Made by a program: the position numbers and the translations under genes
Shown here: positions 26,261 to 39,724 of the stretch, in pieces
How positions within the stretch are numbered: the first letter of the stretch is position 1
How the letters are laid out: each line of letters starts with the position of its first letter
Notes under the pieces: generated by a model
The model's database searches: none
Told to the model about the DNA's origin: nothing
Seen by the model: only the letters and a program-made list of their open reading frames with translations
From: Eledone cirrhosa
Taxonomy: Eukaryota
Assembly (NCBI GenBank): GCA_964016885.1
Contig: OZ024740.1
Span: forward strand, 58,900,001 to 58,964,000
Direction of reading: 5' to 3'
Length of the DNA stretch: 64,000 nt

Positions 26261-26446
26261 TAATTATCTTATGTTGTTTATTACATAACTAATAAGCTCT
26301 GTAACCTACATAGAGCACTCTTTTTCCTGGACCTTTCCGACGGAATTACTTCATTTACACACACACATATATATATAGGTGTGTGTTGGTGTATTTATGT
26401 ATGGATATATATATATATATATGTGTGTGTATATGTGCCTCTGTGT

Positions 26447-26787
26447 AGGCACATGGCTTAGTGGTTAGAGCATTGGCCTTGCAATCGAAAGGTTGTGAGT
26501 TCAATTCTCAGACTGGGTGATGTGTTGTTTCCTTGAGCAAGACACTTTATTTCACATTGCTCCAGTTTACTCAGCTGTAGAAATGAGATGATAGGGACTG
26601 GGGTCCATATCATTCCACTGCAAAGTGGACGAGGAGGTGCCACGGAAAAAAGCCCCCAACACTCACTGTAAATGAGGTTGGAGTTAGGAAGGGCATCCAG
26701 CTGTAGAAATCAAGCCAGAATCAGTTCCTGTCCCACCCTTGCAAGCAGGGAAAAAGCGGACTTAAAAAGAAATGAATGATGAATGAA
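26447..26787 (+). mobile_element. tRNA/CORE-like/RTE-tail SINE
   Basis: Same family as 6170-6520. Confidence 0.85.
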
Positions 26788-28874
26788 TATATATATATAT
26801 ATATATATATAAACTTTAAAAAATTAACAAGAACAGGACAAGACAACGAACAGAAACAAAACAAAATGAAAAACAATTTTTTAAGGAGAAATCTTAAAAA
26901 TTATTTAAAAAAAATAAAAATACAAACAAAGGACACAGAATTCCATGGTCATAGGCTGTTGAGATGGATTTGGGCAGTTTCGAACCCTACCAACGGTACT
27001 ACTGGTCCATCCAGGGTCACAGCGTCTGACAAGCCAAACGCTGTTCAGTAGAGAAAGAAATGAGAGACAAAACATTAATTTATAGCACCTCCATATTCCC
27101 TTCAGTGCTATCTCTCTTCTATTTCCCCTCCACAACTTGTTGTTTTTCCAATCATACTCTCACCTCCTCCCACTCAACCTGATTCTTCTGTTATTGTGCA
27201 CCTTTCTATTTCATTTTCTTGATTGTTGCCTTCAATGAATAGAAACCGTAAAGAAACCTGACTAGTGCTGATACTACAATAAAATACTCTTAGTAAACTC
27301 TGTAAATTGGTATTAGTTGACATTAGAAAGGGCATTGAACCATAGAGACCATGCCAAATATGGAATGTATGTGATCCTTTGACCTATCTAGTAGGGCAGA
27401 ACTGGCTCAAACTGTGACAACCTGTATCACCTATTGCCTGCATGGAAATGTATGCAAAATGGGGATAAGGATATATATATGTGTGTGTGTGTGTCATCAT
27501 CATCATCATCATTGTTTTACATCTACTTTTCCATGCTTGCATGGGTTGAATGCTTCCTTTCCAGCACAGCATCCCTCCACTCTTTGCAGCTCTTTGTCAT
27601 CTCTTTTGTGAGCCCTGGCAATTTGTGATCATCCCTCACAATCTCTACTAAGGTCTTCTGGTTCCATTACCAGCAAGGTACAATGCATCCAACTGGTCAG
27701 ACATGCCTCATATGGGACCACCAAATCCCACACTGTAAACATAGTTGGTGTTACGAAGGGCTTCCAGCAGCCATAAAAACCCGGTCAAAATGTGGTCATG
27801 TTATGAGCATGGTATGGCATGGTCAACTGGCCCAACTCTCCTCATAACAGGATCACCCACTTCCACACTATAAATATGTTTGTTTTAGGAAGAGCATCTA
27901 GCTGTAAAAACCCTGCCAAATTACAGTTCCGTTTGAGTAAGGTACAGCACTGCCAACTGGCTAGACTTATCTCATAATGTGGACGACCTGTCTAACCTAT
28001 GCAAGCACGGAAAAATAGTCCTTAAACAGTGAGGATGATAATGATGATAAGGATTATATACACATGCAATTTGTTTTTACAGCTTCCTTTGACTGGGTGG
28101 TTCTTTTCCAACACAGCATGTCACATGTTGTCACTCTATAGATGATCACTGACTAGTCCTGGTCTTGATTATACATTTTTATGTTGATGTTGTTATTGCT
28201 GTTGCCACTATCGATGAAGCTATTGCTACTTCTGGAAACAGTTTTGTCTACAGCAGCAGTAAATTGACAAAACTGAGAGGATTAAATGTATCAGTATTTG
28301 TTCTGGCTTACTGCACTGTTTAAATCTACCGAGATCCACTTTGCCTTTCATCCTCTCAGGGTCAATAAAAATCTACCAGACCAGGGGCAATGGCTCAGTA
28401 GAATTGTTAATGAATCAATATCTGATTCTGATCTGTGCATCCCAATTTTAAAACCCACTCCCTTCTGTCAGAAATTGCAACAAGCAGATAGTATCAGCAA
28501 TGGGAAGATCAATGGAAACATTGTTTCCCATGTCTGAGCTAAGTATTGACTCCTTTTTTTTTCTTATCCTTTTTTTATCAGCATAATTGTAGATTGATGT
28601 TATTGTTTAGTCCCAGGAAGACCTACAATCAAAGGCATTCCACTTGTGACCATCCTGTCTTTTTTATATATCAGGAACTACATTTTCCAATATATCCTTT
28701 TTCTTAAAAATAGTAGAGTGCATTTTAAGGGTTACTTGTCTGCTCTATATAGCAAATTGAGTGACCTCCTAGAGGCTCCTCATCATATTCACACTAGCCT
28801 ATATATATATATATATATATATATAATGATGAGATGATGATGATGATATATATATATATATATTTACACACACA

Positions 28875-29965
28875 AATTTAATGTATCGAAACATCAATTA
28901 TGCCTGATACTAGTGCTTCTCAATAGAAAAGCTTTCTGAATGTTTGCCCAGAGAAATAATAATTCAAACTAATAGATATATGTAGATATATATATAGAGA
29001 GATAGATAAAGGACCATATATCTTATGAGAAGACACAGTATTCTGTATATATACAAAGCACATATTTCAAGGAAAAATATGCACTTTAGATGGAAAAAAT
29101 ATAATTCCTAATATCGCTATTTCATGATTCAAAGTACCAATTATATAATTGGCGATTTCCTCAGACAATCGATTCATGTCTCCCATAACTTAACCAAAAT
29201 CGATAGTTGGTGATTGATGATCGATTACTTAGATTGATTTTAAGTTTTGGTACTTCAAATCATGAAATAGCGATATTAAGAATTATATTTTTTCCATTTA
29301 AAGTACATATTCTTCCTTTGGTCTTCTCATAAGATATAGGGTCCTTTCTCTCTTTCAATGTACATATATCTATTAGTTTGAATTATTATTGCTCTGGACA
29401 GACATTCTTAGAGCTATTGTGAAGTACAAATATCATACATAATTGATATGTTATGATACCTTATATTTGTATATAACAGCTCCAATCCCTTATTTTGTTT
29501 AGTTGCTGTAACTAGCATTTTTGCACCTCTTTCTAGCAGAAATAATGTCCAGTTTTGTTTGTATATGTTGCCTCGGGTTAAATGTTACTACACCATCCTT
29601 CTTTCAGCATGGAGATGGTTCATTGAGTTTCCTTCCAGATATAAACAGGTATATTGTATTATATATTATATCGCTTCTGTATTTTTTTTTCAAATTATAT
29701 AATTGATGATTTCCTCTGATGATTGATTCACGTCTCCCATAACTTAACCAAAATCGATAGTTAGTGATCTATGATCGATTACTTAGATATATTTTAAGTT
29801 TTGGTACTTCGAATCATGAAATAGTGCTATTATATTTTTTCCATCTAAAGTACATATTTTACCTTGAAATATGTGCTTTGTATATATACAAAACACTGTC
29901 GTCTCATAAGATATATGGTCCTTTCTCTCTTTCTCAATATACATATATCTATTAATTTGAATTAT
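28875..29965. mobile_element. Older PLE terminus module: one inverted plus two direct copies with degenerate long-stem-II HHR
   Basis: ~28880-29140 is inverted relative to ~29248-29470; ~29145-29385 recurs at ~29695-29965. TTCCT-CTGATGA-TTGATTC...GAATCAT-GAAA-TAGTGCTA-TT at ~29711-29831. Confidence 0.65.
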
Positions 29966-29972
29966 ATATATA

Positions 29973-30500
29973 CGAGGTGTGTCAGAAACGTTCCAGGACT
30001 GAGGTCAACGTTGAGCGCGTCAGGCAGATGGTGCGTAGCGATCGTCGGTTGACTGTTTGACTGATGGCAAATGAATCTGGAAGATTCACACTGAAGATTT
30101 GGACATGCGGAAAGTCTGCACGAAGATGGTGCCAAAACTGCTGAATGATGACCAGAAGGGTCGACGCATGCAAGTGTGCCAGGACATCCTTCAGCGTCTT
30201 GAAACCGAACCAGACTTGCTAGGGACAGTCATCACCGGTGATGAGTCATGGATCTTCGAGTACGACCCGGAGGGAATCTGTTTTGAAGACGTGGGCGACA
30301 TCAAAAAGGGCGTGACGACGGAACTGTGGAGGATCCCGGAATAATTCTTGCAGAAGTGCATGCAAGCGTGGCAGAAAAGGATGGAAAAGTGAATTAGACT
30401 CCAGGGGGATTACTTTGAAGGAGAAAACTCTTAGTGTGAAGTTTGGGTTTGAAATAAATCTTTTGTGATATCAGTCCTGGAACTTTTCTGACACACCTCG
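29973..30500 (+). mobile_element. Internally deleted mariner transposon
   Basis: ~30-bp TIRs CGAGGTGTGTCAGAAA(A/C)GTTCCAGGACTGA, TA TSD, transposase remnant KMVPKLL..VITGDESWIFEYDPE. Confidence 0.92.
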
Positions 30501-30505
30501 TATAT

Positions 30506-30559
<54 letters not shown>

Positions 30560-30563
<4 letters not shown>

Positions 30564-31960
30564 AAAAATTGAACGGGAACAAAACAGAGAGGCAGTACGA
30601 ACAAAGGTTTATTAGTTTCACGCTCTTGAGAGTGGGGTGGTGGTGGGGAACGACGTTTCGGGTATAAGCCCTTCTTCAGGTGAAAAGTGTGTGGGAAGAG
30701 AGTTTCAAGGGTGTGTAGGGGAGTGGTGGAGAGACATATAGAAAAAAAGGGGTGAAAGGAAACGGTACGAATGAAATTAAATATAAAAGCATGATAAAAA
30801 TAAAAATAAAAATACACATGAAGTAAAACAAGTGGTGGAACGGTGTGGGGCGTGTAGGGGTGGTGGCGGGTGGAGTGGGGAGAGGGAGGCGGGGTGGTGT
30901 GTGTGTGTAGGTGTACGTGTGTGTGTGTGTGTATGTGAAAGTAAGAGTTGGGGGAAGAACGGGGTTGCATGTTCAGGAAGAGGTGTGTGTGGGTTGGGGT
31001 GTAGGTCGGAGTGTGTGTGCGTGTGTGGATGGGGAGGTATCAGAGGGGTGGGGGAGAGGATTCCAGAGGTTGAATGCGTAAATATGTGGTGGTACGCACA
31101 CGTGTGTGTGGTGTTTATGCGTGTTGTGGATGTAGGCGGCGTGTGGGGAAAAAAATTTTTTTGAGTGTATGTCAGTGGGTGAGTCCTTAAGGTAGTTCCG
31201 TAGAGGATGTGGTGGAATGCTGGGTAATATCCTTGGGATGTGGTGGATTCTAGGGATCGATGTTCACATATGTGTAATCCGTGAAGAGATTGGTCGGAAG
31301 AGGGGAGATGTGGGGTGCGCGCGCAACAGGAAGTGGTCAGAGGGTCAAGGCAGGAGGAGGGTTGTGTGTCTGTGTGTGCGGGGAGGCATAGCAGCAGTCG
31401 GGTAGAATGGTAAGTGAAGAAAGTCGGTGTGTCAGTGTGTGCGGAGGTGCGGTGGACAGGGGAGAGGATGGGTAGGTGTGAAAGTTGGAGTGAGGAGGGG
31501 GTGTGTGTGTATTAGTAGAGGTGTTAATGGGATGTGTGTGTGTGTGAGAAAGGGTGTGGGTGGAGCGGGGAGAGAAGGGTGTGGGGGCCGGTGGAGGGAG
31601 TGTAGTGTACTGGTGTGTGTGTGCGTGTTTGGATGAGTGTATGTGTGGGGAAGGGGGTGTTAGTGGGTGTTAGTATACTGGAGGTGGGGAAAGGGTTGAA
31701 TGCAGGTGTGAGTGGGGGTCAGTGGAGGTAGGGTGTGTAGAGTGGGTGGTGTAAGAGGGTGTGTGTGTTCGTGTGCGTAGGGTTGGGGGGGTGTTAGTGA
31801 TGTTAGTTGCATGTAAAGTGGGTGTGTGTGTTCATGTGCTTGGGGTCGGGGGGTGTTAGTGATGTTAGTTGCGGGGTGGTGGGGTGGATGTGTGGGGGTG
31901 AGGGTTAGTGGTGGTAGTAGGGTGTGTGTTTAGTGTGAGCGCGTGTATATATGTACCGGT
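30560..31960 (-). mobile_element. Probable decayed PLE 3' region, CA-rich low complexity, with HHR core
   Basis: Minus strand CTGAAGA-AGGG-CTTATA-CCC-GAAACGTC at ~30652-30679 followed by AATAAA; remainder is low complexity. Confidence 0.4.
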
Positions 31961-31998
31961 GGGTGTGTGCGTGTGATAAGGAGGGGGGGGGGGGTGTA

Positions 31999-32046
<48 letters not shown>

Positions 32047-32050
<4 letters not shown>

Positions 32051-32382
32051 TCATCACCGTTTTACGTCCGTTCTTCCATGCTAGCATGGGTTAGACGGGT
32101 TGTCCTGTTGTGGGCAGTGTCTGGTCGGCTGACCATGCCTTGCTCATACAGGAACTGATTTGGCTTGGTTTCTACAGCTGGATGCCCTTCCTAACACCAA
32201 CCTCATTTACAGTGAGTGATGGATGCTTTTTCGTGGCGCCTACACATCCACTTTACAGTGTGGGCTGGGTGCTTTTTTGCCGTGGCACCTCCACGACCAC
32301 CTTGCAGTGGGAGGGTGTGGGGGCATGTTGTCTATATGATTCAGCTTGTACCCATGGGAGGTCGGGTACTCTGTATTACTGA
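32047..32382 (-). mobile_element. RTE 3'-end fragment
   Basis: Matches 33590-33928. Further copies at ~43418-43597 (-), 43720-44153 (+), 51081-51385 (-), 61440-61663 (+). Confidence 0.85.
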
Positions 32383-32617
32383 GAGGTGTAATTGGGTATA
32401 TATATATATATATATATATACATACATTTCAGTAATTAACCCTTTTCTTGCCACATTTCTAATGAAAGACACTACTTATGATTTTCAAATAATTTTGAAA
32501 ATAATCTTGTATTTGGAAAGATTTAATAAAATAAATAACTTTTTCATGGATTAAATCCTTTTGTAACTGTTTACCTTCGTCCTATTTCTCTTTTTTGGTA
32601 TATATATACATATATAT

Positions 32618-34032
<1,415 letters not shown>

Positions 34033-34223
34033 GATATAGATATCCCAGTAGGTACTAGGTACCCACGGAAATATATATGTTGTCTATAACAGTGGTTGTT
34101 CTATGGTACTAATTTGAGATACCAGAACTGTAAATATGAGCGGAACAAGTAAACATTAAACAATCTTTTAAATAAATTAAGATTTAATTTATTTAAAAGA
34201 TTGTTTAATGTTTACTTGTTCCG

Positions 34224-34269
<46 letters not shown>

Positions 34270-34421
34270 AACGAGTAGGACCCCGACGGCTGAGCTCCAT
34301 CGAAACGGCTTGAGCTCAACCGTCGGGGTCCTACTCGTTCCTATTATCCACTCTACTACCCTAGATATTGAGTACTTTGCTGCGTTATGGTCCACCTGGT
34401 TCCTTACCACATTTCCTTCGT

Positions 34422-34599
<178 letters not shown>

Positions 34600-34887
34600 C
34601 AAATAACGAAACGAAATTAAATTTCGTTTCGTTTGTAACTCACTTTTGTATGACTGACGCTTAAACAATTAAGTTAAAAATGTACATCCACATATGTATA
34701 CTGAAATACTAGTATGCATATGAATACACACACGTGTACATATGTAGATGTACCGAGTTTTTCACTGGACACTTTACTGTGAGTGTCCAGCTATTCTGTA
34801 TGTAAACACACAGACAAACCGGTTTTTAGAGTCATACTGGTTTTTGAGGAAACACCTTTCCTCTATTCTCTAGAAAGCCAGACAAGG

Positions 34888-34932
34888 AACATTGGACTAG
34901 TTTCGATGTTGTTACATCTCATCAGCAATATT
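34888..34932 (-). ncRNA. Minimal type I hammerhead ribozyme (inverted unit)
   Basis: Exact reverse complement of 35677-35721. Confidence 0.85.
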
Positions 34933-35676
34933 TACCTATCTTCCGGCCTTTCTAGAGAATCGTAAAAGCACATATCGTTATATGCTTTTTCTATGAAAAT
35001 TAGTAGTGGGCAGACTAATTTGCATAGAGCGTGAGTACGTACCGGTTCAGCGGAGACGATAAAAACAAATAACGAAACGAAATTAAATTTCGTTTCGTTT
35101 GTAACTCACTTTTGTATGACTCACGCTTAAACAATTAAGTTAAAAATGTACATCCACATATGTATACTGAAATACTAGTATGCATATGAATACACACACG
35201 TGTACATATGTAGATGTACCGAGTTTTTCACTGGACACTTTACTGTGAGTGTCCAGACATTCTGTATGTCTGGAGAATAGAGGAAAGGTGTTTCCTCGAA
35301 AACCAGTATGACTCTAAAAACCGGTTTGTCTGTGTGTTTACATACAGAATAGCTGGACACTCACAGTAAAGTGTCCAGTGAAAAACTCGGTGCATCTACA
35401 TATGTACACGTGTGTGTATTCATATGCATACTAGTATTTCAGTATACATATGTGGATGTACATTTTTAACTTAATTGTTTAAGCGTCAGTCATACAAAAG
35501 TGAGTTACAAACGAAACGAAATTTAATTTCGTTTCGTTATTTGTTCTTATCGTCTCCGCTGAACCGGTACGTACTCACGCTCTATGCAAATTAGTCTGCC
35601 CACTACTAATTTTCATAGAAAAAGCATATAACGATATGTGCTTTTACGATTCTCTAGAAAGGCCGGAAGATAGGTA

Positions 35677-35721
35677 AATATTGCTGATGAGATGTAACAA
35701 CATCGAAACTAGTCCAATGTT
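35677..35721 (+). ncRNA. Minimal type I hammerhead ribozyme
   Basis: AATATTG-CTGATGA-GATGT(AACA)ACATC-GAAAC-TA-GTC-CAATGTT: 7-bp stem I (one GU), intact core, palindromic ACTAGT stem III, GUC site at 35714. Confidence 0.88.
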
Positions 35722-36142
35722 CCTTGTCTGGCTTTCTGGAGAATAGAGGAAAGGTGTTTCCTCGAAAACCAGTATGACTCTAAAAACCGGTTTGTCTGTG
35801 TGTTTACATACAGAATAGCTGGACACTCACAGTAAAGTGTCCAGTGAAAAACTCGGTACATCTACATATGTACACGTGTGTGTATTCATATGCATACTAG
35901 TATTTCAGTATACATATGTGGATGTACATTTTTAACTTAATTGTTTAAGCGTCAGTCATACAAAAGTGAGTTACAAACGAAACGAAATTTAATTTCGTTT
36001 CGTTATTTGTTTTTATCGTCTCCGCTGAACCGGTACGTACTCACGCTCTATGCAAATTAGTCTGCCCACTACTAATTTTCATAGAAAAAGCATATAACGA
36101 TATGTGCTTTTACGATTCTCTAGAAAGGCCGGAAGATAGGTA

Positions 36143-36187
36143 AATATTGCTGATGAGATGTAACAACATCGAAACTAGTCCAATGTT
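36143..36187 (+). ncRNA. Minimal type I hammerhead ribozyme
   Basis: Identical to 35677-35721; predicted cleavage after 36180. Confidence 0.88.
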
Positions 36188-36609
36188 CCTTGTCTGGCTT
36201 TCTGGAGAATAGAGGAAAGGTGTTTCCTCGAAAACCAGTATGACTCTAAAAACCGGTTTGTCTGTGTGTTTACATACAGAATAGCTGGACACTCACAGTA
36301 AAGTGTCCAGTGAAAAAACTCGGTACATCTACATATGTACACGTGTGTGTATTCATATGCATACTAGTATTTCAGTATACATATGTGGATGTACATTTTT
36401 AACTTAATTGTTTAAGCGTCAGTCATACAAAAGTGAGTTACAAACGAAACGAAATTTAATTTCGTTTCGTTATTTGTTTTTATCGTCTCCGCTGAACCGG
36501 TACGTACTCACGCTCTATGCAAATTAGTCTGCCCACTACTAATTTTCATAGAAAAAGCATATAACGATATGTGCTTTTACGATTCTCTAGAAAGGCCGGA
36601 AGATAGGTA

Positions 36610-36654
36610 AATATTGCTGATGAGATGTAACAACATCGAAACTAGTCCAATGTT
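36610..36654 (+). ncRNA. Minimal type I hammerhead ribozyme
   Basis: Identical to 35677-35721; predicted cleavage after 36647. Confidence 0.88.
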
Positions 36655-36941
36655 CCTTGTCTGGCTTTCTAGAGAATAGAGGAAAGGTGTTTCCTCAAAA
36701 ACCAGTATGACTCTAAAAACCGGTTTGTCTGTGTGTTTACATACAGAATAGCTGGACACTCACAGTAAAGTGTCCAGTGAAAAACTCGGTACATCTACAT
36801 ATGTACACGTGTGTGTATTCATATGCATACTAGTATTTCAGTATACATATGTGGATGTACATTTTTAACTTAATTGTATATATATATACATATATATATA
36901 TATAATATATAAGATCAAAAGATGGTTAAAGGAGTTCCATG

Positions 36942-37012
36942 TATTTTATTATGCGCATTTCAAAAACAAACATCATCATGCAATAATATTTGTGTTTTCA
37001 TCAGATAAAACA
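36942..37012 (-). ncRNA. Type I hammerhead ribozyme (left arm terminus)
   Basis: Reverse complement of 43054-43124. Confidence 0.78.
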
Positions 37013-38249
37013 GGAGGACATGATATGAAGGCTAAAAAACACTTGTGGATAGTGCAGTTTTAAATCAACATATGAAAAGTAGTTTTAGATTGATGTGTGT
37101 GTGATATTGGGAAAAATATTTTATTTAGAGAGGGGGGGTGGAAAGGATGAAAAAAGGGGAGGAGATGAGAGTGAAGGTGGAGAGGGAGAGATGGGTGATA
37201 GAGAGAAAGAGATAGTTTTTATAACTGAGAGAAGATATATTGTTTTACATAGAGAGGTTGAAAACCGTTGGAAGATAATGTACAAATTAAAAGAATTTGA
37301 AAATTAACGAAGGGAAAAATATGTACGAGGAAAAAATATTTTATTTAGAGAGGGGGGTGTGGAAAGGATGAAAAAAGGGGAGGAGATGAGAGTGAAGGTG
37401 GAGAGGGAGAGATGGGTGATAGAGAGAAAGAGATAGTTTTTATAACTGAGAAAAGATATATTGTTTTACATAGAGAGGTTGAAAACCGTTGGAAGATAAT
37501 GTATAAATTAAAAGAATTTGAAAATTAACGAAGGGAAAAATATGTACGAGGAAAGAGAGGGAGTTGATATGTATTGAGATTAAAAAGTTTGAAGATAGAG
37601 AGAAAAAATAATAATTGCGGATGAATATTCTAACGTCAAAAAGGTGTATGTTTATAAGTATTATGGCAATTTCAAAATTAACGAAGAGAAAAAAATTATT
37701 AAGGTTTGTGTGTTGAAGGATTTGAGAAAAATAATGTGAAGTTAAGGTTTGTATATTGAAGGAATTGATAATATGTGCGAAGAAAGAGTTAATATGTATT
37801 AAAAAATTATTAAGGTTTGTGTATTGGAGGATTTGAGAAAAATAATGTGAAGTTATGGTTTGTACATTGAAGGAATTGATAATATGTGCGAAGAAAGAGT
37901 TAATATGTATTAAGAATGAGTTAGATGATGGGGAGAAAAAAATAATAAATTAAGGATGAATATTCTAGCGTCAAAAGAAGGAGAGGGAGTTAATGTATTG
38001 AGATTAAAAAGTTTGATGATGGAGAGAAAAAATAATAATAATTGCGGATGAATATTCTAACGTCAAAACAACAAATGTATATGTTATGAAGGATTTTACA
38101 AGGTGAAGATAGAATGAGGGTAATGAGTAAACAAGTATTATAGAGTGTATAATGCCCTTTGAAGTAAGGTAGGAAGATGGGTATATTTTAAAGAGGTGTA
38201 TGTATGTGTGCCTTTGAGAAAAGATTCTAAATTGATAAAGAATTGAATA

Positions 38250-39680
38250 TTAGCTGTATACTTTGTGAAAAGTCCTATGGAATTTATGCAAGCAGATAGA
38301 AAACAAATCTGTACGTCTATTTATTATAGAATCTAGATTAGAGATAATGGTAAATTTTTCATTTAGGCAGAGATTACAGATTTTAGATAGAGAGCTGTTC
38401 AAGTATGAGGACGCAGAAGAAACCTTCTTCCAAAAGATGGTATATTTAATGTTTTTGTCTTTCAAGGACCATATGAGTTCTGAGAGAGCCGTGTTGGTTC
38501 TTTTAAGTTTGTATTTAAAAGATGAATGGTGATTATAGAGACGAGCTTTAAAAGAGGTGGAAGTGGAGCCAAAATAGGTGAAGGAATTGGTGCTAGTTAT
38601 AACTTTACATTCATAAATTAAGTTTTTATCAAGACAATGGTTGTTGAGAGGACATTTATTTTTAATGCGGCAGTTGCAATTAGAGAGATTATTAATGAGT
38701 GACCTAGTGTTATCTATAGAAGGAATTGGATTGGAGAAGTTGTTTGCGATAGGAATAATAGGAATAATAGTTTCTTGATTTAGAGTTGGATTATGAACAT
38801 TTAGCGAAGTTGTGTTTGACGTTGTATTTGGGTTTACAGAAGTTAGCCTAGGGTTTACAATGACGTCGGGAGTACTATTATTGTTATTATGAAATTCAAT
38901 GTTGGAAGGAAGAGATTTAGTATTTAGTATTTTATTGTTGTATTTAGAGATAATGTTGGAAATATTGGAGGATGTAGAATAAGAAAATGTTATGGTGTGT
39001 TTGTTAAATATTTTTCTATAGATATGTGAGGGAGGGAAGCATTTATTTAAGGCACTAAAAAATAATTTAGGAATATTGTTATTAATAGAGATGGAGAAAG
39101 GAGCATTATACCAGATTATGTTTTTGTATCTAGGTCTTTTATTAAAGTTATTGGAATGATCATGATTAATTATTCTACTGTAAGTTTTTCTAGAATTTGT
39201 TTCTTTACTATATTTGATTTTATCTGGATAACCGGCTTTAGAAAGTGCGTTATTATAGTAATTGGCGTTAGCATCAAAGATGTTTTTATTAGAAGATATG
39301 TTAGATATTCTTTTTCCAATATTACTAATTATAGCATTCTTGATATTGGTAGGATGGTTAAATTTAAAGTTAACATAATTTAGGTTCTCATTGTTTTTAT
39401 GGTAAGGGTAATATAGGCCAGTGTCAAGATTAAGAGATACATCCAAGAAATTAGCTAGTTTGATACTATTATCAAATTCAATTTTTAGGTTATGTTGGTT
39501 AAAGAGATTACGTATATTGTTCTTAATAATATTAAGGTTAACTATATTGCAATTTAAGATAGTAAAGAGTCCATCGTCACGATAAATTCCACCGCGAAGT
39601 TGAGGAATTTTCCGACTCAAAGAGTTCAAAATAAAGATACCAATTAAATCAGTCAATTGGGATGAATCGGATGCTCCCAT
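38250..39680 (-). CDS. Inverted, N-truncated copy of the PLE ORF (RT C-half + GIY-YIG), 476 aa
   Basis: MGASDS, GIYRDDGL, FLDVSL, IIWYNAPFS, CNCR..CPL..HCL, LIYECKV..YFGST..FKARL, CNLCLNEK. Differs from the + copy at one residue (G/S before GIYRDD). Confidence 0.85.
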   Translation of the reverse strand: MGASDSSQLTDLIGIFILNSLSRKIPQLRGGIYRDDGLFTILNCNIVNLNIIKNNIRNLFNQHNLKIEFDNSIKLANFLDVSLNLDTGLYYPYHKNNENLNYVNFKFNHPTNIKNAIISNIGKRISNISSNKNIFDANANYYNNALSKAGYPDKIKYSKETNSRKTYSRIINHDHSNNFNKRPRYKNIIWYNAPFSISINNNIPKLFFSALNKCFPPSHIYRKIFNKHTITFSYSTSSNISNIISKYNNKILNTKSLPSNIEFHNNNNSTPDVIVNPRLTSVNPNTTSNTTSLNVHNPTLNQETIIPIIPIANNFSNPIPSIDNTRSLINNLSNCNCRIKNKCPLNNHCLDKNLIYECKVITSTNSFTYFGSTSTSFKARLYNHHSSFKYKLKRTNTALSELIWSLKDKNIKYTIFWKKVSSASSYLNSSLSKICNLCLNEKFTIISNLDSIINRRTDLFSICLHKFHRTFHKVYS

Positions 39681-39724
39681 TGTGATGTCGAAGTTGTTAG
39701 AGGTATCGGCTCTGGTCCAATATT

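Larger units (their letters stand above)
21349..26345 (+). mobile_element. 5'-truncated Penelope-like element: inverted terminus + thumb/GIY-YIG region + 3' pseudo-LTR, with nested insertions
   Basis: 21349-21640 is the reverse complement of part of ~26030-26290; coding remnant 21641-22478; HHR in both termini. Confidence 0.8.

Noticed and set aside
26447-26520. tRNA gene
   Set aside because: It is the tRNA-derived head of a SINE that continues into CORE-like and LINE-tail sequence in three copies.
34783-36759. Repeated 60-aa ORF (MSSYSVCKH...) in each array unit
   Set aside because: Starts at a GTG, is antisense to the ribozyme strand and has no recognisable motif; its repetition only reflects the DNA repeat.
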